From a virus (lineage: Duplodnaviria; Caudoviricetes): a stretch of 53,196 nt of DNA. The notes below the pieces were generated by a model that was given only the letters and a program-made list of their open reading frames with translations, did no database searches and was not told where the DNA came from. Shown here one piece after another: positions 16,704 to 25,389 of this stretch (positions within the stretch are counted from its first letter, which is position 1; every line of letters starts with the position of its first letter). The stretch lies in IMG/VR virus record IMGVR_UViG_3300020045_008062, positions 1 to 53,196 of that record; one strand, 5' to 3'. The position numbers were made by a program, and so were the translations under genes.

Positions 16704-16976
16704 CTAGTTTTTTTCATTTTGTCTTTGTTTTAACATTTCATCAGCAATCATAAAACATCTTTTTACAAAATTTTGGACGCTTTCTTCAGTTTATTTTTGT
16801 CCGTGGTAAAAAGTTGTCCCGCTTAATGAAGCCATTGCCTTAGATGCAAAATAATCTCTTAATGTCATTCCATCCTGACTACCTACAGTTTGTCCTTGAT
16901 CGTTCCATTCGTAAGCCGTTTCTGTTGGTGTTGGAAAGGCATTTGGATTTCTTGGCTTTTTATTTTGTGTTTCCAT
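16704..16976 (-). pseudogene. 'GMTLRDYFA'-family phage gene interrupted by an in-frame TAA (16791-16793)
   Basis: The same frame continues TEESVQNFVKRCFMIADEMLKQR, the expected family C-terminus. Confidence 0.6.
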
Positions 16977-16978
16977 AA

Positions 16979-17713
16979 CTAAAATGCTTCTTTGTTAAAT
17001 TCAATTTCTAATCCTTTTGATGCGCACACCGTTTTTTTACCTGTTAATTCGTAAACCTCTTTTTGAAAGCGTTTTTCATCTGAATTTGAATCACTAAGAT
17101 GAATAAGTACAATATTCTGAACCTTACGTAAATCATTCGCCAAAAGCATATTTTTACAATCACGTAATGAGAAATGAGATTTAAATATTCTATTTTTTAA
17201 AAACCCTTTGCTACTTTCTGGATTATATTTTTTATTAATAATATCATGGCAAAAATTAGCTTCTATAATTACATTGTTTAAATCTGGAAAAGTGTAATCG
17301 CAAAAGTAAGTGTCTGTTAAAAATATAAATCTGCCTGTTTCTGGATGCTCAATTAAAAAACCAACACAAGGAACATCGTGACGAACATTAAAAGGCATTA
17401 CTTTAAAATTTCCAACATGAAAAACTTTTCCGTGTTCTATTTCATTTTTATTACTGCTTTGGCAATTGTGATGCTCAAATGTTTGTTTTAAGGCAAAAAC
17501 TTCTATTCCTAAACTCATAACAGCATTTATACTTTTTGAGTGATCATTATGCAAATGAGTTGACAAACACCCAACAACCTTTTTTATATCAAAATTAATT
17601 GCTTCTTTGATTTCTTGAATTGAAACCCCGCATTCAATTATCAGGGTTTCATTTTCATTTTCAAGAATATAGCAATTTCCAACGGATCCGCTGTTTACTA
17701 CTTTTAGCTTCAT
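16979..17713 (-). CDS. Metallo-beta-lactamase-fold hydrolase (putative exonuclease)
   Basis: SGSVGN, THLHNDH, HD, TD, HLS motifs; adjacent to Bet. Confidence 0.88.
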   Translation of the reverse strand: MKLKVVNSGSVGNCYILENENETLIIECGVSIQEIKEAINFDIKKVVGCLSTHLHNDHSKSINAVMSLGIEVFALKQTFEHHNCQSSNKNEIEHGKVFHVGNFKVMPFNVRHDVPCVGFLIEHPETGRFIFLTDTYFCDYTFPDLNNVIIEANFCHDIINKKYNPESSKGFLKNRIFKSHFSLRDCKNMLLANDLRKVQNIVLIHLSDSNSDEKRFQKEVYELTGKKTVCASKGLEIEFNKEAF

Positions 17714-17714
17714 C

Positions 17715-18497
17715 TTAAAACAATGGGTCTATAGTTTTGTTTTCAGGTTCTTTTGGTTCGTCATTGGCCGGCTGTTCTTTATCCAGAATTGCATCCTCAA
17801 CATTTGAAATGTTGAAATCCAAGGGCTTTTTATTAGCTTTTTCCTTTATCTCTTTAGAAGTCATTTCTTCATGATCGATATCAATTGTATTTGGGTTTTC
17901 TTCCTGAGTGTACATTGCGCCTAATTGAGCAGGAAAAGCCTCTCTTAACGCCTGAACCTTTGCAATCTTAGAAATCATTGTAGATTTTTTTTCATTCCAA
18001 ACAGACTGTTTTTTATCGTATTCATCTAAATTTACTTTTGCTACAATCGGAAACTTTCTGTCTTTTCTGAAAACCTCACACCATCCACCAACTAATTCAT
18101 CTGTTTTTAAGCAAAAACATCCTTCTAATTCTACATAATTTCCATCTCTAATTACAATTATTCCGGCTTTAATTCCTTCGTAGTTTTCGTTTGCATCAGC
18201 TCTTTTAAAGAAAGCTTCTTTTGAAACAATCATTTGTGCTGGTGCATTACCAAACTTAACTAAATAAGCCTCATTTAAGAACGGATTTAATTGATTGTAT
18301 TTACAAATTGAAATGAATTGTGTTAAATCCTGATCTGAAACATTTCCAGTTCCTTTAGTCAAGAAATCCCTAACAATTTGATATGAAAGTTTTACGTCCT
18401 GACCTGCTACCTGATAAACAATTTGTCCTTTTTCATTAGCCTTAGCTAATGATTGCTCTTCTTTTGATGGTCCTAAATTTGTGTTTGTTGTACTCAT
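17715..18497 (-). CDS. bet: Single-strand annealing recombinase Bet/RecT family
   Basis: LNPFLNEAYLVKF...VGGWCEVFRKDR...W...MISKIAKVQALREAFP. Confidence 0.88.
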   Translation of the reverse strand: MSTTNTNLGPSKEEQSLAKANEKGQIVYQVAGQDVKLSYQIVRDFLTKGTGNVSDQDLTQFISICKYNQLNPFLNEAYLVKFGNAPAQMIVSKEAFFKRADANENYEGIKAGIIVIRDGNYVELEGCFCLKTDELVGGWCEVFRKDRKFPIVAKVNLDEYDKKQSVWNEKKSTMISKIAKVQALREAFPAQLGAMYTQEENPNTIDIDHEEMTSKEIKEKANKKPLDFNISNVEDAILDKEQPANDEPKEPENKTIDPLF

Positions 18498-18509
18498 TTT
18501 TTATTTAAT

Positions 18510-18725
18510 TTAATTGTTGTTTAATTTTTCTACACTCCAAAATAATCCTAAATTAATAGATGATTTAATTGTTCTGATTGTCCAACTGAAATAAAAAGCA
18601 CTTGAATTAGTTCTAAATCTCCAAAATATGCTTTTATCATTATTTATGACTTCCCAAAATTCATCCAAGGATTCTATTTGTTTTTTTAAGACAAAATTCT
18701 TTGATGCTTTATCGCCTTTTTTCAT
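18510..18725 (-). CDS. Hypothetical protein
   Basis: 71-aa ORF. Confidence 0.55.
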   Translation of the reverse strand: MKKGDKASKNFVLKKQIESLDEFWEVINNDKSIFWRFRTNSSAFYFSWTIRTIKSSINLGLFWSVEKLNNN

Positions 18726-18731
18726 AATAAT

Positions 18732-18926
18732 TTAAATATCAATATTGCTCATTATTTTTTTAGTTTCAGCAGCCAGAATAGATCTGCCGTTGTAAATATC
18801 CTCGCCTGATCCCAAAGCATTAAAAGCATTGGTTAAAACTCTTTTCTCTGATTCTGCTTTTTGTATTACATTTTCTAAATGTCTTATAGCTTCTTCAATA
18901 TCGTTTCTTTGTTCTTGAATTGTCAT
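18732..18926 (-). CDS. Hypothetical protein
   Basis: 64-aa ORF downstream of promoter. Confidence 0.55.
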   Translation of the reverse strand: MTIQEQRNDIEEAIRHLENVIQKAESEKRVLTNAFNALGSGEDIYNGRSILAAETKKIMSNIDI

Positions 18927-18951
18927 GATTTTTATAGTTTTTTATGATGTT

Positions 18952-19015
18952 GTAAATGTATAAAAAATACGTTTATGTTTTACATATCCATTACAATTTA
19001 TACGTATTCTAAATA
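18952..19015 (-). promoter_or_regulatory. Phage promoter-family copy with palindromic box
   Basis: AAATGTA-N6-ATACGTTTA at 18954-18975; AATTTATACGTATTCTAAATA at 18995-19015. Confidence 0.6.
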
Positions 19016-19018
19016 ACG

Positions 19019-19044
19019 AAACCCACCGATTAAAGTGGGTTTTG
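19019..19044. terminator. Intrinsic terminator
   Basis: AAACCCAC...GTGGGTTT hairpin. Confidence 0.6.
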
Positions 19045-19047
19045 AAA

Positions 19048-19692
19048 TTACTTTTTAAGTCTTAAACGTGTGGTTATTGCTTTTTCAACACTCCAACCTT
19101 TTTTTAATCTTTGAAACAAACACTGATCCGTTAATCCATATAATTCAGCCCATTCTGACATTACCTTGGATTCTCCATTTAATTCTAAAAATCTTGATGA
19201 TCTTCTGTTTCTGGTTTGGTCTTTGTCCGTACTCCATTTACAATTTTCAGGATAATAATCCTTGTTATTTTCAATCCTGTCAATAGTTAATAATTCTGAA
19301 TAACCTTTAGCAATAGCCCAATCGTGAAACGACTTAAAATCGTTTTTCCATTCATCACACATGGTAATTCCTCTACCTCCGTAATTTTTATATTCTTTTA
19401 CATTGGGATTATAACATCTTGTTTTTATTCCCATCCAAATTCTGAATAATCTAGTTTTTTTACCATCTTTTGTTTTGGATAACCCATGTGTTGTTGCAGA
19501 ATTAGCTCCAGAAATTGCGGCCTTTTCTTTTTGTAAACAACCACAACTTTTAGTATTACTGCTTTTCAAATTAGCAGTTGATGCAATTATTAAATTTCCA
19601 CAATCACAAATACAATTCCAATTTCTTTGACGCCATTTGTCTGTGAGCGAATAGTTAACAATAGTTAATCTATTAAATTTTAAACCCTCCAT
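19048..19692 (-). CDS. HNH-like homing endonuclease-type protein
   Basis: WNCICDCGN, KSCGC, YGGRGI, TIDRIENNKDY.PENCKW; ATG at 19692 preferred. Confidence 0.75.
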   Translation of the reverse strand: MEGLKFNRLTIVNYSLTDKWRQRNWNCICDCGNLIIASTANLKSSNTKSCGCLQKEKAAISGANSATTHGLSKTKDGKKTRLFRIWMGIKTRCYNPNVKEYKNYGGRGITMCDEWKNDFKSFHDWAIAKGYSELLTIDRIENNKDYYPENCKWSTDKDQTRNRRSSRFLELNGESKVMSEWAELYGLTDQCLFQRLKKGWSVEKAITTRLRLKK

Positions 19693-19790
19693 AAAATAAA
19701 AAACCCACAAATCAAAAGGTCGTAGTCTTTATCATTGCGGGAATTTGTATAAATTTTTATTTGTAGCTACGACTCTACGTAGCAAATATA
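19693..19790 (-). promoter_or_regulatory. Promoter plus leader attenuator-like element C
   Basis: TATATTTG (19783-19790); hairpin 19704-19741; loop GTCGTAG complementary to CTACGAC (19767). Confidence 0.55.
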
Positions 19791-19797
19791 ATAAAAA

Positions 19798-21801
19798 CTA
19801 TTCTATTCTTAGCACTTTATCATTAGCACTAACGAAAAGATTTACTATCTGGGAATCAATTTCTATTATTTCGGTTGTAGATTCTCTGTTGTCTAAAAAT
19901 ATTACTGCACTTGCTTGGTAATGCTCACAAAGAACTGAAATTATATCGAGTCCGGCATTAAGTTTTCCTGCAGTATTAGCGTGACTAAAGTTAACTCCAT
20001 CAACTAAACACTCGCAAATTTCCTCGGTTCCTTGATTAATTAAGTTTTTGAAAAGTTTAAATTTTACATATTTAAATCTTTCGTTAACTTGACTTTCGAT
20101 TGATTCAACTTTTAGTTTGTTGAATTTCTCAATTATGAAAAACTCTTTTTCTACATTGGCAATCTCAGAAGCTAAATTTTGCTGCTCAATTTTTAAATCA
20201 GAAACTCTTTTATCAACTGCATCGTTTTGAACTTTGTTTCTTAATTTGGTTTTGATTGCTTCAATTTCTGTGTTTAAATCAGTTTTTTGGCTGTTAAGTT
20301 CCGTGTTATCAATAATGGGGTTTTCTTGAATCGTAGCATTGATTGCGTTCAATTCAACTACTTTCGATTGATATTCTTTGTGTTCCAATAAAGCGGCATC
20401 AATATCAAAATCAGAAACTTCTTTGTTGGATAATTTTGCAGTTTCAGCATCAACATTTGATTGAAGTAAAACAACATCGTTTTTAAGAGTTGCAATTAAT
20501 TTTTCTCCCGTTCCAATTCTTTCAATAATAGTTTTTAATTCAGCTTCTTTTGATTCTTTTTCGCCTTTTAATCTGATTCCTGATTGTTGGATTGCTTCAA
20601 CTTTTTTTGACTGATCTACATTGAAATTAGTTCTTAATTCTAATTCCTTTGCTATAATATCTCCAGATTCAAATTCACGCTTGCAAGTAGGGCAAACGCA
20701 TTGAGAATCATCAAAAACAAATTCTTTCTCAGCAGCATTTTTTAATTCAGTTCTTTTTAATTCAAGTGATTCGGTAAGCGTTTTTATTTCCGCTTCTAAA
20801 TTTGTTTTCTTTACTCCCAAAGTTTTAAACGCAGATTCAGCAATAATAACATCACTGTTTTTTGAATCTAATTTTGATTGAGCAGTCTTTAAAGCAGAAT
20901 CATCTGAATCATTTGAATTGTTGTTGGCATTAATCAAATTTTGTTTGATAGTGTCCAATTTGTTTTTAACGCCGTTTGCTTTTACTTTTTTAGCATTTTC
21001 AACTATCAAAAGTTCGTCAAAGGCATTTGCTTTGTTGGTTATACTTTTTTCAATTTTTGAAAGCTCAGTTTCTTTTTCTGATTTTTCTGATTCTAATTTG
21101 CCCCAATCAAAAACTTCTAATTTTCCTTTTAAAACTTCATCGATTCGGGTAGGAATTGCTTTTAATAAATCTTTTGATTTTACAATTGTTGCAGCAATCT
21201 GTTTTCTGTAATCTTCCAATTCTTTACCTTGAACCAAATTAGCAATCAATTTTAAGTATTCTGAAGAAGTTCCGGCCAATTCCTCATTAGATGGAGCGGG
21301 GCAAATTTCGGTTAAAACTTCGCGTTGTTTTTTCCAATCCAAAGAAGTAAAATAAAGTGGGTTTGTAATCATTTTAAAAACCTGCTCATTTAGAATAAAT
21401 GATACTTTGGCAGCGTATTCAGTTGCGGAAACAGGAACATCATTAAAATAATACTCGGTTACGTGTCCTGTCATTTCTGCAAATTCACTGCCTTTTTTCT
21501 TTGTCCATTTTTCTTTATAAACACGTTTTAAAGAGTTGTCAATTCCATCAACATTTAAAATAATTATTCCGATATGTTCCTGTTGATTGAAAGATGTGTC
21601 TTTTGTATCTTTAATTCCGTGATCCGCTTTTCCTGCAGCGTTTTTACCAAACAATACCCATTGGAAAGTATCTACAATTCTACTTTTTCCAACTCCATTA
21701 TCAGCAAAGATATTTGTAATATCTTGATTGAAATCGATTGTAAGGTTTCGGCATCCCATTAAATTTTCAAGTGTAACCGATTTTGCGATAATTTTTTTCA
21801 T
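19798..21801 (-). CDS. SMC/Rad50-like coiled-coil ATPase
   Basis: Walker A ADNGVGKS, long coiled coil with CPTC hook, C-terminal IFLDNRES. Confidence 0.85.
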   Translation of the reverse strand: MKKIIAKSVTLENLMGCRNLTIDFNQDITNIFADNGVGKSRIVDTFQWVLFGKNAAGKADHGIKDTKDTSFNQQEHIGIIILNVDGIDNSLKRVYKEKWTKKKGSEFAEMTGHVTEYYFNDVPVSATEYAAKVSFILNEQVFKMITNPLYFTSLDWKKQREVLTEICPAPSNEELAGTSSEYLKLIANLVQGKELEDYRKQIAATIVKSKDLLKAIPTRIDEVLKGKLEVFDWGKLESEKSEKETELSKIEKSITNKANAFDELLIVENAKKVKANGVKNKLDTIKQNLINANNNSNDSDDSALKTAQSKLDSKNSDVIIAESAFKTLGVKKTNLEAEIKTLTESLELKRTELKNAAEKEFVFDDSQCVCPTCKREFESGDIIAKELELRTNFNVDQSKKVEAIQQSGIRLKGEKESKEAELKTIIERIGTGEKLIATLKNDVVLLQSNVDAETAKLSNKEVSDFDIDAALLEHKEYQSKVVELNAINATIQENPIIDNTELNSQKTDLNTEIEAIKTKLRNKVQNDAVDKRVSDLKIEQQNLASEIANVEKEFFIIEKFNKLKVESIESQVNERFKYVKFKLFKNLINQGTEEICECLVDGVNFSHANTAGKLNAGLDIISVLCEHYQASAVIFLDNRESTTEIIEIDSQIVNLFVSANDKVLRIE

Positions 21802-21805
21802 TTTG

Positions 21806-22030
21806 TTAAATATTAGTTATTAATTTATGTATTTCAGAATGTGCATTTCCTATAGAAGTAATAACACTTTCTTTTAAATCTCTAAAGATTTGGTTTATTT
21901 CGCTTCCTAAATCTCCATTATGATTAGTTCCAAGTGTTTTAAATAATTCATTAATTTGAGATTGAACATCTAAAAGTTTTTTTTGTTCATTACGGCAACG
22001 GTCTAATTGTCTAATTTGCGTATCATTCAT
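21806..22030 (-). CDS. Hypothetical protein
   Basis: 74-aa ORF. Confidence 0.55.
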   Translation of the reverse strand: MNDTQIRQLDRCRNEQKKLLDVQSQINELFKTLGTNHNGDLGSEINQIFRDLKESVITSIGNAHSEIHKLITNI

Positions 22031-22193
22031 TATGTTTTTATTTTAATTATTAAATTTTTTGGTTTTTGTTTTGATTTGTATGATTCTTTCATAAAAACAA
22101 TAAAAGTTGAAAGTACTTGTTTTTCTTCTTCATTCATATTTTGGTAGTTGTTACCGTTCACAGTCCAACGACCAGAATGTCTAACGATACTCA

Positions 22194-22424
22194 TTACTTG
22201 ACAATTTTTTTAGTAGTAAACATTTCGTCAATCGTTTTAAGCTTTAAGAACTTTTTTATAACACACAAAATATTGTATTTCGTGAGTTTTTCGGATTTCT
22301 TAATTGCCAGCATCCTAACGCTATTGTTTTGGATGAATTCAGCCTCTGCAATTGCTTCACGCAATTCATAATTTACCCTTACTTCTTCAATGAATTCAGG
22401 TTTAAAGATTTTAATTTCTGACAT
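22194..22424 (-). CDS. Hypothetical protein, possible HTH regulator
   Basis: 76-aa basic helical ORF. Confidence 0.45.
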   Translation of the reverse strand: MSEIKIFKPEFIEEVRVNYELREAIAEAEFIQNNSVRMLAIKKSEKLTKYNILCVIKKFLKLKTIDEMFTTKKIVK

Positions 22425-22425
22425 T

Positions 22426-22611
22426 TTATATTGATTTTAATTGTTTAATTTTCCATATTCCGATATCGGATTTTGTTTTATCAGATCTACATATTTCTAT
22501 TGGACCAAAGAAAGCCCAATTATATATTTCATTTTCTTTTTGGTAATTAGAAACAACTACAAAATCTTGTTGTTTATTAGTTTCGTGAATTATTATATAT
22601 CCTGTTTTCAT
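22426..22611 (-). CDS. Hypothetical protein
   Basis: 61-aa ORF. Confidence 0.55.
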   Translation of the reverse strand: MKTGYIIIHETNKQQDFVVVSNYQKENEIYNWAFFGPIEICRSDKTKSDIGIWKIKQLKSI

Positions 22612-22613
22612 AA

Positions 22614-22904
22614 TTAATCCATGTTTAAAGTTTTCCCATCATAATAATTTGCAGCTCCTGAGTTGTCTAAAATGTTTCTAAAAACCAATTCAAACCCAAC
22701 ACTATTAAAAGTTTCATACATTCTTTTAGCTTCAATTTTCTTTTTAGCATATTGAGATTTAGATGGAATTTTATTGTAAATAGCAATATAAAATTCTCTT
22801 TTGAAATCAGTCCATGCTTTAACTAATGCTTGACTAAAAGTGATGTTGTATTTTCTAAACAATCCCCATGCTTTTGAAAATATTTGAGATTTATTTTATT
22901 TCAT
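22614..22904 (-). pseudogene. Phage early gene with in-frame TAA at codon 3
   Basis: ATG AAA TAA AAT AAA TCT...= MK*NKSQIFSKAWGLFRKYNITFSQALVKAW, in frame with ORF 22614-22862. Confidence 0.55.
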
Positions 22905-22939
22905 TTTGTTACGATTTAAGTTCTTACTGTTTTGTTTAG

Positions 22940-23013
22940 CAAATGTATAAATAATACATATACGATGTATGTTTTATACATCAAATAAATACAATTTATA
23001 TTAATTCCAAATA
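22940..23013 (-). promoter_or_regulatory. Promoter with palindromic box heading the recombination region
   Basis: TACATTTG at 22940-22947; AATTTATATTAATTCCAAATA at 22993-23013. Confidence 0.6.
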
Positions 23014-23021
23014 GTGAAAGC

Positions 23022-23060
23022 AAAAAAAAGTCCGATGCAAATTAATACATCGGACTTTTT
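23022..23060. terminator. Intrinsic terminator after lysis module
   Basis: AAAAAGTCCGATG...CATCGGACTTTTT. Confidence 0.8.
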
Positions 23061-23079
23061 AACTAATTCAAAAACAAAA

Positions 23080-23649
23080 CTATTTCATAATAACAACTCC
23101 TAAAATTAAACCGGTGCCAATTTTAAAAAGTGTAGTGTCGTAAAAAGGTTTTTTCTTTACTACTTCAATATGCTGTACTTGATCCGATGAAATGTATTTG
23201 TTAGTATGTGAAATATCTATTGTATTTATTTCTTTACCTAAAAACCATTTTCGTTTAGTTCCTGTTATAACTAGTAACGAATCGTGTAATTCCAAATTAG
23301 CTATATTTAAGCCGTTTTGATTTGTTTGGTAAGTTAGACTATATTCTTTTTCGTTTATTGCTACAGAACGCTCAAAAACGCATGGAACAGTATCTTTATA
23401 TCGAATTGTAATAGTATCGATTTTAATTCGGTCAACATATCGGGTTACCGTTTTTATTTCAGTAAATTTTTTAACTATTGTATCTGGAATTGAAGCCTCT
23501 TGAATAGCTTCTTTTTTTGATGTGACCGTTTTATAAACTGCAGTATCTTTTTTGGTAATTTTTTCATTACTGCATTTGCTGAATAATAGCGAAATAAGAA
23601 CTATAACAATCCCTATCCAATACCAATTGTCTTTTATAAATTGTTTCAT
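23080..23649 (-). CDS. Lysis-associated membrane protein (spanin-like)
   Basis: N-terminal TM with Cys and C-terminal hydrophobic tail; downstream of endolysin. Confidence 0.5.
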   Translation of the reverse strand: MKQFIKDNWYWIGIVIVLISLLFSKCSNEKITKKDTAVYKTVTSKKEAIQEASIPDTIVKKFTEIKTVTRYVDRIKIDTITIRYKDTVPCVFERSVAINEKEYSLTYQTNQNGLNIANLELHDSLLVITGTKRKWFLGKEINTIDISHTNKYISSDQVQHIEVVKKKPFYDTTLFKIGTGLILGVVIMK

Positions 23650-23877
23650 ATTAAAAGAATTTAGAATTTGATATAAATGTTTTTGAAATATCATGCGAAA
23701 TTACATCAGGAAGTCCGATTATATTTACCCCTATTTGGAAGTAAATTATTGTGATTAATTTTTTCATGTTATTTAAGTTTTATGCGTTTTTCTTAATTAA
23801 TGCATTACCGTAATCACTTGCTTTTTGTTTTGTTTCTATGGAGGTTTCCGATAATATCCTTTTTGCTGTTTCGCTTT

Positions 23878-24312
23878 TCATAATGTAAAGTATTGTTTAA
23901 CCTCTGATTCTCTACGGCCTATCAATTCTTTATCTTTTGTCCACATCATAAACGCCTCTTTAATAGTTGGGTCGTTTGGATTAATATTTACTTTTCGTAA
24001 TACTGTGCTGTTTCTAAAACCTGTAATTCCAATGTTATAAGCAAGCGATACCAAAGCGTTAAATTGATTTTGATTAACTTTTGATTTTAATAACGTATCT
24101 ACTTTAAAAGCGAATTTATCAGCTGTAACAGTTGCTAAATTCCCGGCTTCTTCAATTGTCAATGCAGGATCGCTCATTGTCACTTTTGTGCCGTCTAAAT
24201 AGTAAGTGTTGCCCATTGCGATGGTCGGTACTCCTTTGGAATCTAAATAAGGTTTTAAACGTAATCCTTCTCTTTGGTGTAGTTCTTTGTATCCGTAACT
24301 ATTTAGTTTCAT
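23878..24312 (-). CDS. Endolysin, GH24 lysozyme
   Basis: EG.RLKPYLDSKGVPTI catalytic E-D-T; NQNQFNALVSLAYNIG; RRESE. Confidence 0.92.
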   Translation of the reverse strand: MKLNSYGYKELHQREGLRLKPYLDSKGVPTIAMGNTYYLDGTKVTMSDPALTIEEAGNLATVTADKFAFKVDTLLKSKVNQNQFNALVSLAYNIGITGFRNSTVLRKVNINPNDPTIKEAFMMWTKDKELIGRRESEVKQYFTL

Positions 24313-24432
24313 TTTCAATATCTTTGGTTATTTTTTCTATGTTTTTGCGCATTTTTTTAGCTTCTTTCAAATAGTGCGACCTATCAAAAGAAAAACACAT
24401 AGGCTTTATTTTTTCTGTTGGAAAACACATAA

Positions 24433-24747
24433 TCATTTTTTTTGCAGTTCAACTAAGCTTCTTATTGAATCATAATATTGATTATTGATTTTCATTAACA
24501 AATCATTGAAAGATTTTATTTCTGTCAAATGTTCTTTGTACAACCTATCTCTTTCGGCTGTGAACTCTTGATATAATTTCTCTCTTTCTGCAGAACTTGA
24601 TTTATATAGTTCTTGATTTGTTTTAAATAGGTAATAGATAACTGATCCAAAAGCCAAAACAAAAGCTATTAGCACACCCGTGATTGTAGCATCATTCCAA
24701 CTTATAACATCATGTATCTGCTCGGGGGCTATTTGCAGTGAAATCAT
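24433..24747 (-). CDS. Holin-like single-TM protein
   Basis: N-terminal TM plus coiled coil; upstream of endolysin. Confidence 0.5.
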   Translation of the reverse strand: MISLQIAPEQIHDVISWNDATITGVLIAFVLAFGSVIYYLFKTNQELYKSSSAEREKLYQEFTAERDRLYKEHLTEIKSFNDLLMKINNQYYDSIRSLVELQKK

Positions 24748-25115
24748 TTAAACGTTCTTTTTGTTATACATACTATCAAAGATACAAATAAAGTTATAGA
24801 TAAGATTATTACTTCGAAAAATTGTTCGTATACCTTAAACCAATCAGGAAAAAATGAAGCAAACATATTTACAAAAGACACAAACATCATTGAGACTGGC
24901 AATGCTCTGGTAGTAAAGCAATAATTTTTATTTAAGGTTAAAATGTATACAAATATAATATTTGTAAAAAAAGAATAGCCTCCTAGATTACACCAAAAAT
25001 TCCTGTCAAAATTCCAACCCATCCACCCAAACAATACAGACAAAAAACTTACTGCCATTAATAAATAAGGCAGTAAGAATATTGTTTCTGATAATATATG
25101 TTTTATATATTTCAT
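24744..25115 (-). CDS. Multi-TM membrane protein (lysis region)
   Basis: About four hydrophobic segments. Confidence 0.55.
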   Translation of the reverse strand: MKYIKHILSETIFLLPYLLMAVSFLSVLFGWMGWNFDRNFWCNLGGYSFFTNIIFVYILTLNKNYCFTTRALPVSMMFVSFVNMFASFFPDWFKVYEQFFEVIILSITLFVSLIVCITKRTFK

Positions 25116-25366
25116 TATGGATTTTTTGGAGGGTCGTTTTTAACTCCGCCTCCTTCTATTGGTGCTTCTGCCGTGGTTTGTTTTGGAACAGGAACTAAAG
25201 ACCTAGAAAAAGCAGTCCATATTACGCCTAAAACCAAAACAATCTTTGTTGCCTTTGGTGACAACCCTAATTCTGCCAGTAATCCTGAGTTTTCGGCTAA
25301 CACTCCATACAAAGTGTCAAGCAACGCTCCTAACGTAACAATCCATGTAATAATTCTTGTTTTCAT
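25115..25366 (-). CDS. Holin-like two-TM protein
   Basis: 83 aa, two hydrophobic helices. Confidence 0.5.
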   Translation of the reverse strand: MKTRIITWIVTLGALLDTLYGVLAENSGLLAELGLSPKATKIVLVLGVIWTAFSRSLVPVPKQTTAEAPIEGGGVKNDPPKNP

Positions 25367-25389
25367 GTTTATATTTATTTAATTATTAA

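Noticed and set aside
16791-22898. Genome-wide TAA stop-codon recoding
   Set aside because: Most genes, including capsid, portal and terminase, end in TAA, and no suppressor tRNA is seen.
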